DNA from: Clostridia bacterium
GTDB lineage: Bacteria > CBDUZB01 > JAGLHV01
Assembly: GCA_030637025.1 (NCBI GenBank)
Contig: DAOVVV010000015.1
Location: forward strand, 1-57,080
Direction: 5' to 3'
Length of the DNA: 57,080 nucleotides
Part shown: piece after piece, positions 1 to 8,723 of the stretch
How positions within the stretch are numbered: the first letter of the stretch is position 1
How the letters are laid out: the number at the start of each line of letters is the position of its first letter
Program-made: the position numbers and the translations under genes
Notes under the pieces: generated by a model
Database searches by the model: none
What the model saw: only the letters and a program-made list of their open reading frames with translations
Told to the model about the DNA's origin: nothing

Positions 1-126
1 AGCAAGGGTCTTAAATCCATCCCCACCAATAGAGGAATAATGTGCAAATACATCTCCTGTTCCATCATCCTGCTCAATAAACCCGAATCCTTTGGATTCA
101 TTAAACCATTTTACTTTTCCTTTCAT
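1..126 (-). CDS. cspA: Cold-shock protein, second tandem copy (3' end outside window)
   Basis: Positions 1-126 match 302-427 (offset 301) except one base (K->Q: IEQDD vs IEKDD); ATG at 126 with the same AGGAG RBS. Confidence 0.9.
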   Translation of the reverse strand, partial: MKGKVKWFNESKGFGFIEQDDGTGDVFAHYSSIGGDGFKTLA

Positions 127-226
127 CTTTTCGAATCTCCTTTCTTTAAAAATTTCAGAGAACCGGTTTTATAACACAAAACCTCTTCCCTTTTTCTAAC
201 CTTAATAAAAATATTGTACTTTGAAT

Positions 227-427
227 TTATATTTTCACTATATTCAAAGCTTTAGGTCCCCGGTCAGAATCCTCTACGTCAAATTCTACCGCATCACCTT
301 CAGCAAGGGTCTTAAATCCATCCCCACCAATAGAGGAATAATGTGCAAATACATCTCCTGTTCCATCATCCTTCTCAATAAACCCGAATCCTTTGGATTC
401 ATTAAACCATTTTACTTTTCCTTTCAT
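227..427 (-). CDS. cspA: Cold-shock protein
   Basis: [15 protein letters not shown] (RNP1) and DVFAHYS (RNP2), 66 aa. Confidence 0.97.
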   Translation of the reverse strand: MKGKVKWFNESKGFGFIEKDDGTGDVFAHYSSIGGDGFKTLAEGDAVEFDVEDSDRGPKALNIVKI

Positions 428-454
428 CTTTTCGAATCTCCTTTCTTTAAAAAT

Positions 455-817
455 TTAGAGAGAACCGGTTTTATAACACAAAACCCCTTCTCTTTTTAGT
501 AAACTCTCTTTCTTTTTTACTCCCCGGGAAAATCCTCCTAATTTACCATTTTTACAAATCACTCGATGACAAGGGATAATAATAGGGAATGGATTCTTAG
601 ATAGAGCTTGACCTACAGCTCGTACTGACCGAGGATTACCGATTTTATTTGCTACCCATTGATAAGACCTTACCTGTCCGGAAGGAATTGCTGCGGTTAC
701 TGCCCAAACTCTACGGCAGAAAAGAGAGTAACTTTCTATTTTTTTTTGTATGTTTTTTAAATTCATTACTTTAAACTTATTCCTACTTTTTTTATGTTTC
801 TTTTTTTTATTATTCAC
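455..817 (-). CDS. ogt: MGMT-family methylated-DNA--protein-cysteine methyltransferase (C-terminal domain only)
   Basis: IPSGQVRSY, RAVGQAL..NP and IIIPCHRV active-site motif; alternative start at 766. Confidence 0.88.
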   Translation of the reverse strand: MNNKKKKHKKSRNKFKVMNLKNIQKKIESYSLFCRRVWAVTAAIPSGQVRSYQWVANKIGNPRSVRAVGQALSKNPFPIIIPCHRVICKNGKLGGFSRGVKKKESLLKREGVLCYKTGSL

Positions 818-1481
818 TCTTATAACGATCGTAATAAAACAAAACTTTCTTTACATAATTACGTGTTTCTCGATAAGGAGGAATTCCTTTATATTTTCTG
901 ACTTTATTAGGACCTGCATTATATCCCGCCAAAACCAGTTTTAAATCAGCCTCAAAAATATCCCATAAGTAACTTAAGTATTTTATCCCACCCTCAATAT
1001 TTTCTTCGGGATCAAAAATATCTCTCACGCCGCAATATACAGCCGTCTTCGGCATTAACTGCATCAAGCCACTTGCTCCTTTATGAGAAATACTATAAGG
1101 GTCAAAGTTAGACTCTACTTTTATTACAGCTTTAACTAAATACGGATCTAATTGATATTTTGTTGATATTTTCTTTATTAGAGAATCCCAATCATCTTCC
1201 AAGGTAGGTCCTACTAGGTAAGTAGTCTGGCCGGAAATCGTAATATAATTCTTTTTCTTTACTTTTCCTACTGGATTATAGGTAATGGATTTTATTTCAT
1301 TCCTATATAATCCTAAAGAACCTCTTTCTACTTCTACCAACACCCAATCATCCTCTTCCTGAATTACTTCGCCATATAATGAGCCACCATTTTTTAAAAT
1401 AATTTTTGCTTCTTTTGCCCAAACAAAAACGCGAAGAAATACAAACAAAAATACAATTACAAATTTACTTACACCTTTCAC
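810..1481 (-). CDS. Secreted lytic transglycosylase (SLT domain)
   Basis: Signal peptide; AVIKVESNF, GASGLMQLMP and AGYNAG motifs. Confidence 0.92.
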   Translation of the reverse strand: MKGVSKFVIVFLFVFLRVFVWAKEAKIILKNGGSLYGEVIQEEDDWVLVEVERGSLGLYRNEIKSITYNPVGKVKKKNYITISGQTTYLVGPTLEDDWDSLIKKISTKYQLDPYLVKAVIKVESNFDPYSISHKGASGLMQLMPKTAVYCGVRDIFDPEENIEGGIKYLSYLWDIFEADLKLVLAGYNAGPNKVRKYKGIPPYRETRNYVKKVLFYYDRYKSE

Positions 1482-1558
1482 ATTAGAAATATATCATATT
1501 TTAAAAATTAAAGCAAGAAAAATATTTTTTTATCAATAGTTCATTTAAATATAACACC

Positions 1559-2845
1559 TTACTTTTTGGATAATATTTTTTTTCTCCTTAAAATTCGATG
1601 GTAAGTAATTGCAAAACGGTGTGCCTCATTTCTAATATCCTGAAGCAAATGCAATACTTTAGAATCTTTCGTTAAAACTAAAGGTTGAGATTTTCCCGGT
1701 AAAAAAATATGCTCCTCTTTTTTGGCTAATCCTATTAAAGGAATATTGCCCAAAAGGAGACATTCTAATACTTTCTTAATGCTATTTACCTGTCCTTTTC
1801 CTCCGTCTACAAGGATTAAATCCGGAAGCTTTTTGTTTTCTAATAATTGTTCTTTCTTTTTATATCTTCGTTTAAAAACTTCTCTTAACATAGCAATATC
1901 ATCTATCTGGAAAACCTCTTTGATTTTAAATCGGCGATACATATCTTTTCGCGATTGACCGTTCTCAAAAACAACCATAGAACCTACTGCCTGCATCCCG
2001 CTGATATTAGAAATATCAAATGCTTCGATTCGATATGGAAGCTCTTTCATTACCAAAATTTTTTTTAATTCCAAAAGCAAATTTGTTTTTTCTATTTCCC
2101 TAAAAACATCTTCTCTTTGTATCTGACGCACCGTTACTTTTTGGGTAATTTTTATTATCTGGTTGATTTCTTTTTTTATCCTTTCGGCTTTTTCAAAATC
2201 TAATTTATCAGCGGCTTTTTGCATTTGGTTATTTAAGTTTTTTAACAATTGCTTCTGTTTCCCCTCTAAAAAAAGAATTACTTCTTTTGTTATTTTCTTA
2301 TACTCTTCTCTATTTATCTTTCCCAGACAGGGACCGGAACATCGTTGGATATAATAATTCAAGCAAGCTCTTTTCGGCAATTTAATATGTTTACAGCTTC
2401 TGATGGGAAATATCCTTTTAATTAAATATAAATTTTTGCGCAGATGAACGCCATCCGGGTAAGGGCCAAAATACCGGGCATTATCTTTTTTTATTTTACG
2501 GGTAATAATAATCCGGGGAAAATCATCTTTAATAGTTAATTTAAGATAAGGATAAGCTTTATTATCTTTCCCTTCAATGTTATATTTAGGCATAAACTTC
2601 TTAATAAGTTCATTCTCTAAAATCAGGGCTTCTTTTTCAGAATCGGTAATTAAATACCTGATACTCTTTACTTGGGTTACTAAAAACATTGTTTTTGGTT
2701 CGATAATTGTTTTGTGAAAATAAGAAGAAACTCTCTTTTTTAAAGAGCGTGCTTTCCCAATATAAATAATTTTTTCTTCTCTATCCCGCATAAGATAAAC
2801 ACCGCTGCGGGAAGGAATTTTTTCCAATTCACTTCTTAAATTCAT
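1559..2845 (-). CDS. uvrC: Excinuclease ABC subunit C (short form)
   Basis: GVY-YIG domain, Cys-rich region, UVR motif, RIEAFDIS, DLILVDGGKGQ, IRNEAHRFA. Confidence 0.95.
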   Translation of the reverse strand: MNLRSELEKIPSRSGVYLMRDREEKIIYIGKARSLKKRVSSYFHKTIIEPKTMFLVTQVKSIRYLITDSEKEALILENELIKKFMPKYNIEGKDNKAYPYLKLTIKDDFPRIIITRKIKKDNARYFGPYPDGVHLRKNLYLIKRIFPIRSCKHIKLPKRACLNYYIQRCSGPCLGKINREEYKKITKEVILFLEGKQKQLLKNLNNQMQKAADKLDFEKAERIKKEINQIIKITQKVTVRQIQREDVFREIEKTNLLLELKKILVMKELPYRIEAFDISNISGMQAVGSMVVFENGQSRKDMYRRFKIKEVFQIDDIAMLREVFKRRYKKKEQLLENKKLPDLILVDGGKGQVNSIKKVLECLLLGNIPLIGLAKKEEHIFLPGKSQPLVLTKDSKVLHLLQDIRNEAHRFAITYHRILRRKKILSKK

Positions 2846-2918
2846 TTTTCCTTTTTATTTCCACAATTTATTTTATTCACCCAAATTATACTTTTGAAAT
2901 ATCTTTTAGTTTTAATGT

Positions 2919-4472
2919 TTACATTTTAGCGGATTTTACTTTCTTCTTACTAAACAATTTCCAAACAGACTCCATTTCCTTTATTTTCAAAATATAAGCA
3001 GCAGCAATAAAAACGATTATACTCAAAGGCAAAGAAATTAAAACCTTCAGATATTTATTTTCTAACATAAAAAAAGCAACAAAATAACAAACAACACCCA
3101 TTATTATACCGGCTATAGCTGTTTTAATAAATAATTCAAAAAGAGAACCGTCATCCCATTTTCCAATTCGCCTGCCTAACAAAACAAATAAAAGTATTAT
3201 ATTTACAGAAGAAGCTATAGCCGTAGCTAAAGCTAATCCTCCTACCTGTAAAATTCTCATCAAAATTATATTCAAAACTATATTTATTATCATACAAAGA
3301 CTAGCTGTTTTCACCGGAGTACGTGTATCCTGAAAAGAATAAAAAGCAGAAACTATTATCTTCACCCCTGCATCAGCAAGTAATCCAAACGAATAAAAAA
3401 ATAAAGCAGCAGAAGTCATCGTTGTCGCAGCAGAAGAAAATTCACCCCGCTGAAATAACATCCTAATAATCGGTTTTCCCAAAACCATCAATCCTATAGC
3501 AGACGGGATCATGGTAAAGATAACCATTCTTAAAGATAAAGAAAGAGTCTTTTTCATTTCCCCTAAATTGTTTTCGGCTATACTTCTGGACATAACAGGA
3601 AGGGTTACTGTAGCAATAGCTGTGCCAAATAAAGCTAACGGAAATTGCACCAGGCGATTGGAATAATATAAAGCAGTGATGCTTCCCTCCTTTAATAAAG
3701 AAGCACAAATAGTATCGACAAAAACATTAATCTGATTTATAGAAAGACCGATAATCGCCGGTAACATTAAAAATCCAATTCTTTTCAATCCCGGATGAGA
3801 TAAATCTAATTTAAAACTCACTAAAAAATTACTCTTGATTATAGAAGGTATTTGAAAAAATAATTGTCCGAATCCACCGATTAAAACTCCTATTGCCAAT
3901 CCTCTTATCGGTGCCTCCATTAACGGACAAACGGTCAAAACAAAAAATATCTGAGAAATACTTAAAAGACACGGAGCTAAAGCCGGGATAATAAATTTAT
4001 GTAAAGAATTCAATATTCCCATACTAAGAGCAGCTAAACCTATCGCCGTCATAAAAGGAAACATTATCCTGGTAAGCTGAATAGTTAATGCTAATTTTTC
4101 CGGGTCATTGGCAAAACCAGGAGCAATTAAACGAACCAATACCGGAGCAAATACAATGCCTATTACAGTTAAAACGGCTAAAATTATCAACAAAACCGTA
4201 ACTACCACACTTACTAATTGTTGTGTTTCCTTTTTAGATTTATTAGTCAAATATTCGGTAAAAACCGGAATAAAAGAACTGGACAGGGAATTTTCTCCCA
4301 GTAAACGCCTGAGTAAATTGGGAATACGATAAGCCACATAAAAAGCATCTGCCACCAAAGTTGCCCCAAACATATTGGCAATCACCATATCTCTTATATA
4401 ACCTAAAATTCTACTTAATAAAGTAGCCGAACTAATACTTCCTACATGTTTAGTCATTTTATGATTTATCAA
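2919..4472 (-). CDS. murJ: Lipid II flippase MurJ
   Basis: SRILGYIRD, AYRIPNLLRRL motifs; many TM helices. Confidence 0.96.
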   Translation of the reverse strand: MINHKMTKHVGSISSATLLSRILGYIRDMVIANMFGATLVADAFYVAYRIPNLLRRLLGENSLSSSFIPVFTEYLTNKSKKETQQLVSVVVTVLLIILAVLTVIGIVFAPVLVRLIAPGFANDPEKLALTIQLTRIMFPFMTAIGLAALSMGILNSLHKFIIPALAPCLLSISQIFFVLTVCPLMEAPIRGLAIGVLIGGFGQLFFQIPSIIKSNFLVSFKLDLSHPGLKRIGFLMLPAIIGLSINQINVFVDTICASLLKEGSITALYYSNRLVQFPLALFGTAIATVTLPVMSRSIAENNLGEMKKTLSLSLRMVIFTMIPSAIGLMVLGKPIIRMLFQRGEFSSAATTMTSAALFFYSFGLLADAGVKIIVSAFYSFQDTRTPVKTASLCMIINIVLNIILMRILQVGGLALATAIASSVNIILLFVLLGRRIGKWDDGSLFELFIKTAIAGIIMGVVCYFVAFFMLENKYLKVLISLPLSIIVFIAAAYILKIKEMESVWKLFSKKKVKSAKM

Positions 4473-4671
4473 GTTATTCTCCGGTTTTTAATCTACCTCT
4501 TGGTTTATTCGTATTATATAATATTCTATCCGCCGTTATTTAGCCATAAATAAGTCAAATTACTTTTGTCTTGACTTTTTTATATCAATATGTTATTTTG
4601 GATAACATTGTAAATATTTATAAAATTCAATGATTATCTAATTTATACCGTATAAAGGAGAAAAAACAGTC

Positions 4672-4959
4672 ATGGCTAAATTAAAAACGGGGCGGCATAC
4701 TTCCGTTATCAAAGCTTTGCGTCAAAGCAAAAAAAACCATTTACGTAATGTATCGGCAAAATCTAAAATAAAAACATTAATCAAAAAATTAGAAAAAAAT
4801 ATAACCGATAAAAAATTACCCGAAGCAAAAATAGCTTTAAAAGAAATTTTTTCCAATTTAGATAAAGCAGCCGGCAAAAATATAATCCATAAAAACACTG
4901 CTTCCCGGAAAAAAGCAAGATTATCTAAAAAAATATCTCTTAAAGAAAAAACAAATTAA
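4672..4959 (+). CDS. rpsT: 30S ribosomal protein S20
   Basis: Basic protein with KNIIHKNTASRKKARL C-terminus; AAGGAG RBS. Confidence 0.95.
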   Translation: MAKLKTGRHTSVIKALRQSKKNHLRNVSAKSKIKTLIKKLEKNITDKKLPEAKIALKEIFSNLDKAAGKNIIHKNTASRKKARLSKKISLKEKTN

Positions 4960-4977
4960 AAACACATCTAAAACTTT

Positions 4978-5122
4978 CAGACTCTGTCATCATTCAGATT
5001 TTTGAAGCAATTGTAGGGGCGATATTTATGACGCCCGTAGAAAAAAATATTCATTCTCCCCATACTTCAATTACACTCACTACAAATACCTTGGGTAACT
5101 ACATTAATCATGCCACAGTCTC
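4978..5122. repeat. MITE-like element (CAGACTSTGTCA-type ends) with internal GTAG-REP hairpin
   Basis: Ends AGACTCTGTCAT...ATGCCACAGTCT; internal GTAGGGGCG-N10-CGCCC; right part similar to ~54043-54140. Confidence 0.65.
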
Positions 5123-6121
5123 TTAGCGGGGAATTTGGCAGGTTAATTTTAAAATAAGCAATTCCAAACAAAGGATTGCTTCTTTTTTTCCTGTTTTAAT
5201 TTCTTTATCAGCTAATAATAACAATCTGAAATTATCTTTTAATTCCCGGTAAGAAAAATTCTTTACCTGCTCCATAAATCCCCTAAAGTAAAAATTATGT
5301 ATTTTTAAAAAACCTCTTATTTCTTCATTCGTTGTTCCTTTTTCTAAAAATAATTTCGCTTTAATTAATTTTCTCATAAGGGCTGCAATTCTGACTAATA
5401 TTACTATTGGTTTTTCGCCAGTTTTAACTATATTTTTCATAACTTCCAGGGTTTCTCTCCCTTTCTTCTCCCCTAAATTATTTAATAACTGAAAAATATC
5501 ATTTCCCCTTGTATGTCCGACTATAGAGTGAACATCTTCTATAATAATTCCTTTTCTATCGCCTATATAAATAATCAATTTTTCTATTTCATTGTGTAAA
5601 TCAATTAAATTATTTCCCACCTCTTCTTTCAGATACAAACAAGCATCTTCAGCAATAGTTTTGTTATATTTATAAACTTCTTTCTTTATCCAGGGAGAAA
5701 TCTGATTTTCATAAGGATGTTTAAAAACTATATGTTTTACCTTTGCTCCCATTTCTTTAAAAAATTTCTTTTTAACCTCCCCGGCAAGAAGAACCAAGCA
5801 GGTATTTTTTGACGGTTCTTCTAAATAAGCAATTATTCTCTTTTCATCTTCGGCACTAAATTTTTCTGCATTTTTTACTACTATCATTCTCCATTGAGCC
5901 ATAAAAGGAACTGTTTGAGCACACCGAACAATTTCTTTTCCTGTTCTATCCTTCGCATAAAACAAGTTATAATTAAAATCTTCCCAATTTGGACCTTCTT
6001 TAAGTGCTTCTCTTATTTTTTGTAAAATATTTTTCTTTTGAAAATCTTCTTCCCCTGAAAAAAGATATCCTGTCTCTACTTCTTTCCTGTTTAATTTCAA
6101 AATAAGTTCTTTTTCATTCAT
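5123..6121 (-). CDS. holA: DNA polymerase III delta subunit
   Basis: YLFSGEE, TVPFMAQWRMIVVK, NEIEKL, ADKEIKTG; typical lptE-holA-rpsT context. Confidence 0.93.
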   Translation of the reverse strand: MNEKELILKLNRKEVETGYLFSGEEDFQKKNILQKIREALKEGPNWEDFNYNLFYAKDRTGKEIVRCAQTVPFMAQWRMIVVKNAEKFSAEDEKRIIAYLEEPSKNTCLVLLAGEVKKKFFKEMGAKVKHIVFKHPYENQISPWIKKEVYKYNKTIAEDACLYLKEEVGNNLIDLHNEIEKLIIYIGDRKGIIIEDVHSIVGHTRGNDIFQLLNNLGEKKGRETLEVMKNIVKTGEKPIVILVRIAALMRKLIKAKLFLEKGTTNEEIRGFLKIHNFYFRGFMEQVKNFSYRELKDNFRLLLLADKEIKTGKKEAILCLELLILKLTCQIPR

Positions 6122-6624
6122 TTTTTCCGTCCGCCTGTAATCTTTCTGACAATATCCCCGGCCAAATATTTTAAAACCGTTTCTTTAGCCTCTTCTTCCT
6201 GTTCTTCCTCTATCGCCAGCGGAAAATACCGCGTAAACTGCCGAAAAGTTTTGGTCCATAAATCCTGTGCAGTCGCTAAATCCTTTAAAACAAAAGAAAC
6301 CTGTATTTCCAATTCATATTCTTCCACTTTATTTCCTTCATCAAAACTCATAGGCCGTAAAACATAACTAACAATTTCTCCTTCCAAACAAGCATCAGCC
6401 TCTTCCCTGCCGGTTATTTTCAATTTACCATCTTGTAAAAATTCCTCTATTACCAGATTAGTTAATTTCTCTTCTATTCCATAATAAATAGTTTTATTGC
6501 TCATAGCCGGGATATTTATCTTTTTAATGCCGTCCGGCAAAATAAATACCGGGCCATAATCACAACCAACCATTATTACCGCAATACTCATTAAAAAAAC
6601 AAAAATAATATACTTTAACTTCAT
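6118..6624 (-). CDS. lptE: LPS assembly lipoprotein LptE-like
   Basis: Lipobox MVGC; leuS-lptE-holA synteny; ADACLEGEI motif. Confidence 0.8.
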   Translation of the reverse strand: MKLKYIIFVFLMSIAVIMVGCDYGPVFILPDGIKKINIPAMSNKTIYYGIEEKLTNLVIEEFLQDGKLKITGREEADACLEGEIVSYVLRPMSFDEGNKVEEYELEIQVSFVLKDLATAQDLWTKTFRQFTRYFPLAIEEEQEEEAKETVLKYLAGDIVRKITGGRKK

Positions 6625-6652
6625 TTTTTTCTCCCTTTTTTATAATAATTTT

Positions 6653-6931
6653 TAGACTTCTGCAAAATAGCCTTTTCACCTTTATTGTCATTCCTGCGAA
6701 AGCAGGAATCTATTGATCTTTTAAGCACATTATAGATTCCGCATTAACAGACTGTGTCATAACTGCCGTTTTTGGCTTTGTCATTCCCGAAATCTTTTAT
6801 CGGGAATCCATTTTCCGACGATAATATTTTTCTGTCATCTCCGGGTCAAACCCGAAGATGACAGAAAAAAGCAATTGTGACACGATATCCAAGTGCGGAA
6901 TGACAAAATGTGTCATTTTGCAGAATTCTTA
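6653..6931. repeat. Composite MITE (TAGACTTCTGCAAAAT ends) with a second MITE nested at 6748-6889
   Basis: TIRs TAGACTTCTGCAAAAT / ATTTTGCAGAATTCT; GTCATTCC..GGAATC hairpins; copy without the nested element at 29725-29889. Confidence 0.8.
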
Positions 6932-7382
6932 TAATTTTTAAATACTTGCAAAACACACATTGAAATTATAGTTTAAATTAAAGCTTTTATCAATAAGTTT
7001 CTATTGAAATCTAAACTTTGTTATTATTATTTATTTTTTTAACCGGGATTTTTAATTCTTTACTTTATATTAGCAAATCATTTACCAACTACCCTTTTCT
7101 ATAATATTTTCCTTTTCAAACCTACTTCCGTTTAAACCAAGATAATCTATTTTTATCTACAATTAGTCGTCTCTTCTATGTTATTAAGGCTAGTATTTAT
7201 CAAGACAAATTTGCAATGCCAGTGCAAAATATCCTATTCTTAACAGGGAAGGTGGAGGGGGGGGCAACCAGCTTTCCTATCTTGATAGCTGATTTTTTCA
7301 AATATTTACTCACCAAAAACACTTCTTATTTCTTCTGTCCGTACTTTAAAACTTTAAATAATATTTACTAAGAGCCCATAAT

Positions 7383-7494
7383 ATATGGGAAAATATTTGC
7401 CAAGAAGAAAATTTTCTTTTTATATATACATATCCCATATGGTAAAATTACGGAAATAAAGAAAATTTTCTTATATTTAACTATTTTCCCATAT
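7383..7494. repeat. Symmetric array of alternating palindromes with 54-bp period
   Basis: ATATGGGAAAATA (7383-95) / TATTTTCCCATAT (7482-94), AAGAAAATTTTCTT twice (7405-18, 7459-72) and central CCATATGG (7435-42), all centred on 7438.5. Confidence 0.85.
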
Positions 7495-7519
7495 GAAAAA
7501 ATATAAGATAAATGCACCT

Positions 7520-7597
7520 CTACAATTCCCCTGTAAACACCCAAACACTCTTCTTGCTATATCTTCTGCTAATTACTTTATTATCAACGCTTTGCAT
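7520..7597 (-). pseudogene. Truncated DUF6088/AbiEi-like antitoxin N-terminus
   Basis: AGGAG RBS then MQSVDNKVISRRYSKKSVWVFTGEL*, resembling the MQSIxxKIxxRIYxxGRGWVFT start of DUF6088 proteins (from recall). Confidence 0.55.
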
Positions 7598-7873
7598 TTA
7601 AAACTCCTCTAAATTTTGTCGTAAAAAGTATATATTTTTTGCCATCAGACGCCTCTAATTTCAGATCGTGACAAAATGTCACGACCTCGCTTCCTTCTTT
7701 TTTAAGCCGTTGTTTTAGCTTTCTCCAATATGCTCCGGAATCAGAACTTTCGGTTAAAACCCCGCACAAAACCACCACTCGCCATTATGAATTATCCTTC
7801 TTATCTGTTTTCCCTTAAAAACGGTTAATTTATGAGCCTGTTCAACTTCATTAGTTTTTTTCTTCTTTGACAT
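7584..7873 (-). pseudogene. BRO-N domain (phage antirepressor-like) remnant, frameshifted and truncated
   Basis: Fragments MSKKKKTNEVEQAHKLTV / KQIRRIIHNGEWWF / GVLTESSDSGAYWRKLKQRLKKEGSEVVTFCHDLKLEASDGKKY across frames. Confidence 0.7.
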
Positions 7874-7988
7874 ATTTTTACCCCCTTCATAGGACAAATG
7901 TCATTCCATTAACTGAATTTATTCAATTAATATCGTTTCTTTCATCAAAACTTTAAACTTTTAAACAGCGTCCCTGAATATTCTATTA

Positions 7989-8723
7989 CTATACCAAGAT
8001 GTGTTTCAAATTCTTAGATAATATATCTTTCATATCTTTAATTCCCATATTCTTTAATACTGCCAATTTTTGAATTATTATTTCCAAATCTGACGGATTA
8101 AATGTTTTATTATTTATTTTAATGAAAGGAGCATCACTTTCTATAAGAAGTTTGTTTTCAGGAATTCGGCTTATAATTTTTTTACCATTAGTGCTTTGTA
8201 GCATTGCATAATTAATAGAAAAATAGCATTTTTTTCGAATTGCATCATCAAGTAATTTTAATGCTCCTGAATACCAATGCAAAATCACTTTCCCATTAAA
8301 ACTATCTCCAAGTAGAGATAATACTTTTTCCTCACTACCTCTAGAATGAATACTAAAAATTTTACCACCAATAGAATTACACCGATAAATTAATTCTTCA
8401 AAAAAGCGGATCTGATTTTTACAGTCAATTGTAGATTTTCTTCTCAAATCTAGCCCCACTTCTCCAATATATTTTGCGTTGTCTAAACATCTCCACATTT
8501 CAGGAATGTATTTTTTGTATTCCGTGATCAATTCAGGATGAAAGCCTAGTGCCACACGAATATACTTGGACTTAACTATTTTTTTTAACTTATTATACAA
8601 TGGAGGTAAATTAGTAACTGCAATTGTATAGCTTGCCAGTATTTCAATATCTTCAACAATTTGCAGAATATTATTATTATATAAGTCTAAATGAAAATGT
8701 GTGTCATGTAGAAACTTAATCAT
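7989..8723 (-). CDS. qatD: Qat anti-phage system TatD-family nuclease QatD
   Basis: HDTHFHLD, LGFHPE, IGEVGLD, SIHSR, LHWYSG, ESDAPF; last gene of a KAP-hyp-QueC-TatD operon. Confidence 0.93.
   Translation of the reverse strand: MIKFLHDTHFHLDLYNNNILQIVEDIEILASYTIAVTNLPPLYNKLKKIVKSKYIRVALGFHPELITEYKKYIPEMWRCLDNAKYIGEVGLDLRRKSTIDCKNQIRFFEELIYRCNSIGGKIFSIHSRGSEEKVLSLLGDSFNGKVILHWYSGALKLLDDAIRKKCYFSINYAMLQSTNGKKIISRIPENKLLIESDAPFIKINNKTFNPSDLEIIIQKLAVLKNMGIKDMKDILSKNLKHILV

Noticed and set aside
7235-7290. G-rich hairpin ending CTATCTTGAT, resembling group II intron domain VI
   Set aside because: No recognisable domain V upstream and no RT ORF; too degenerate to call
6932-7988. Third attC closing the Qat unit
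   Set aside because: No R'' complementary to GTTATAA and no attC-type hairpin found by eye
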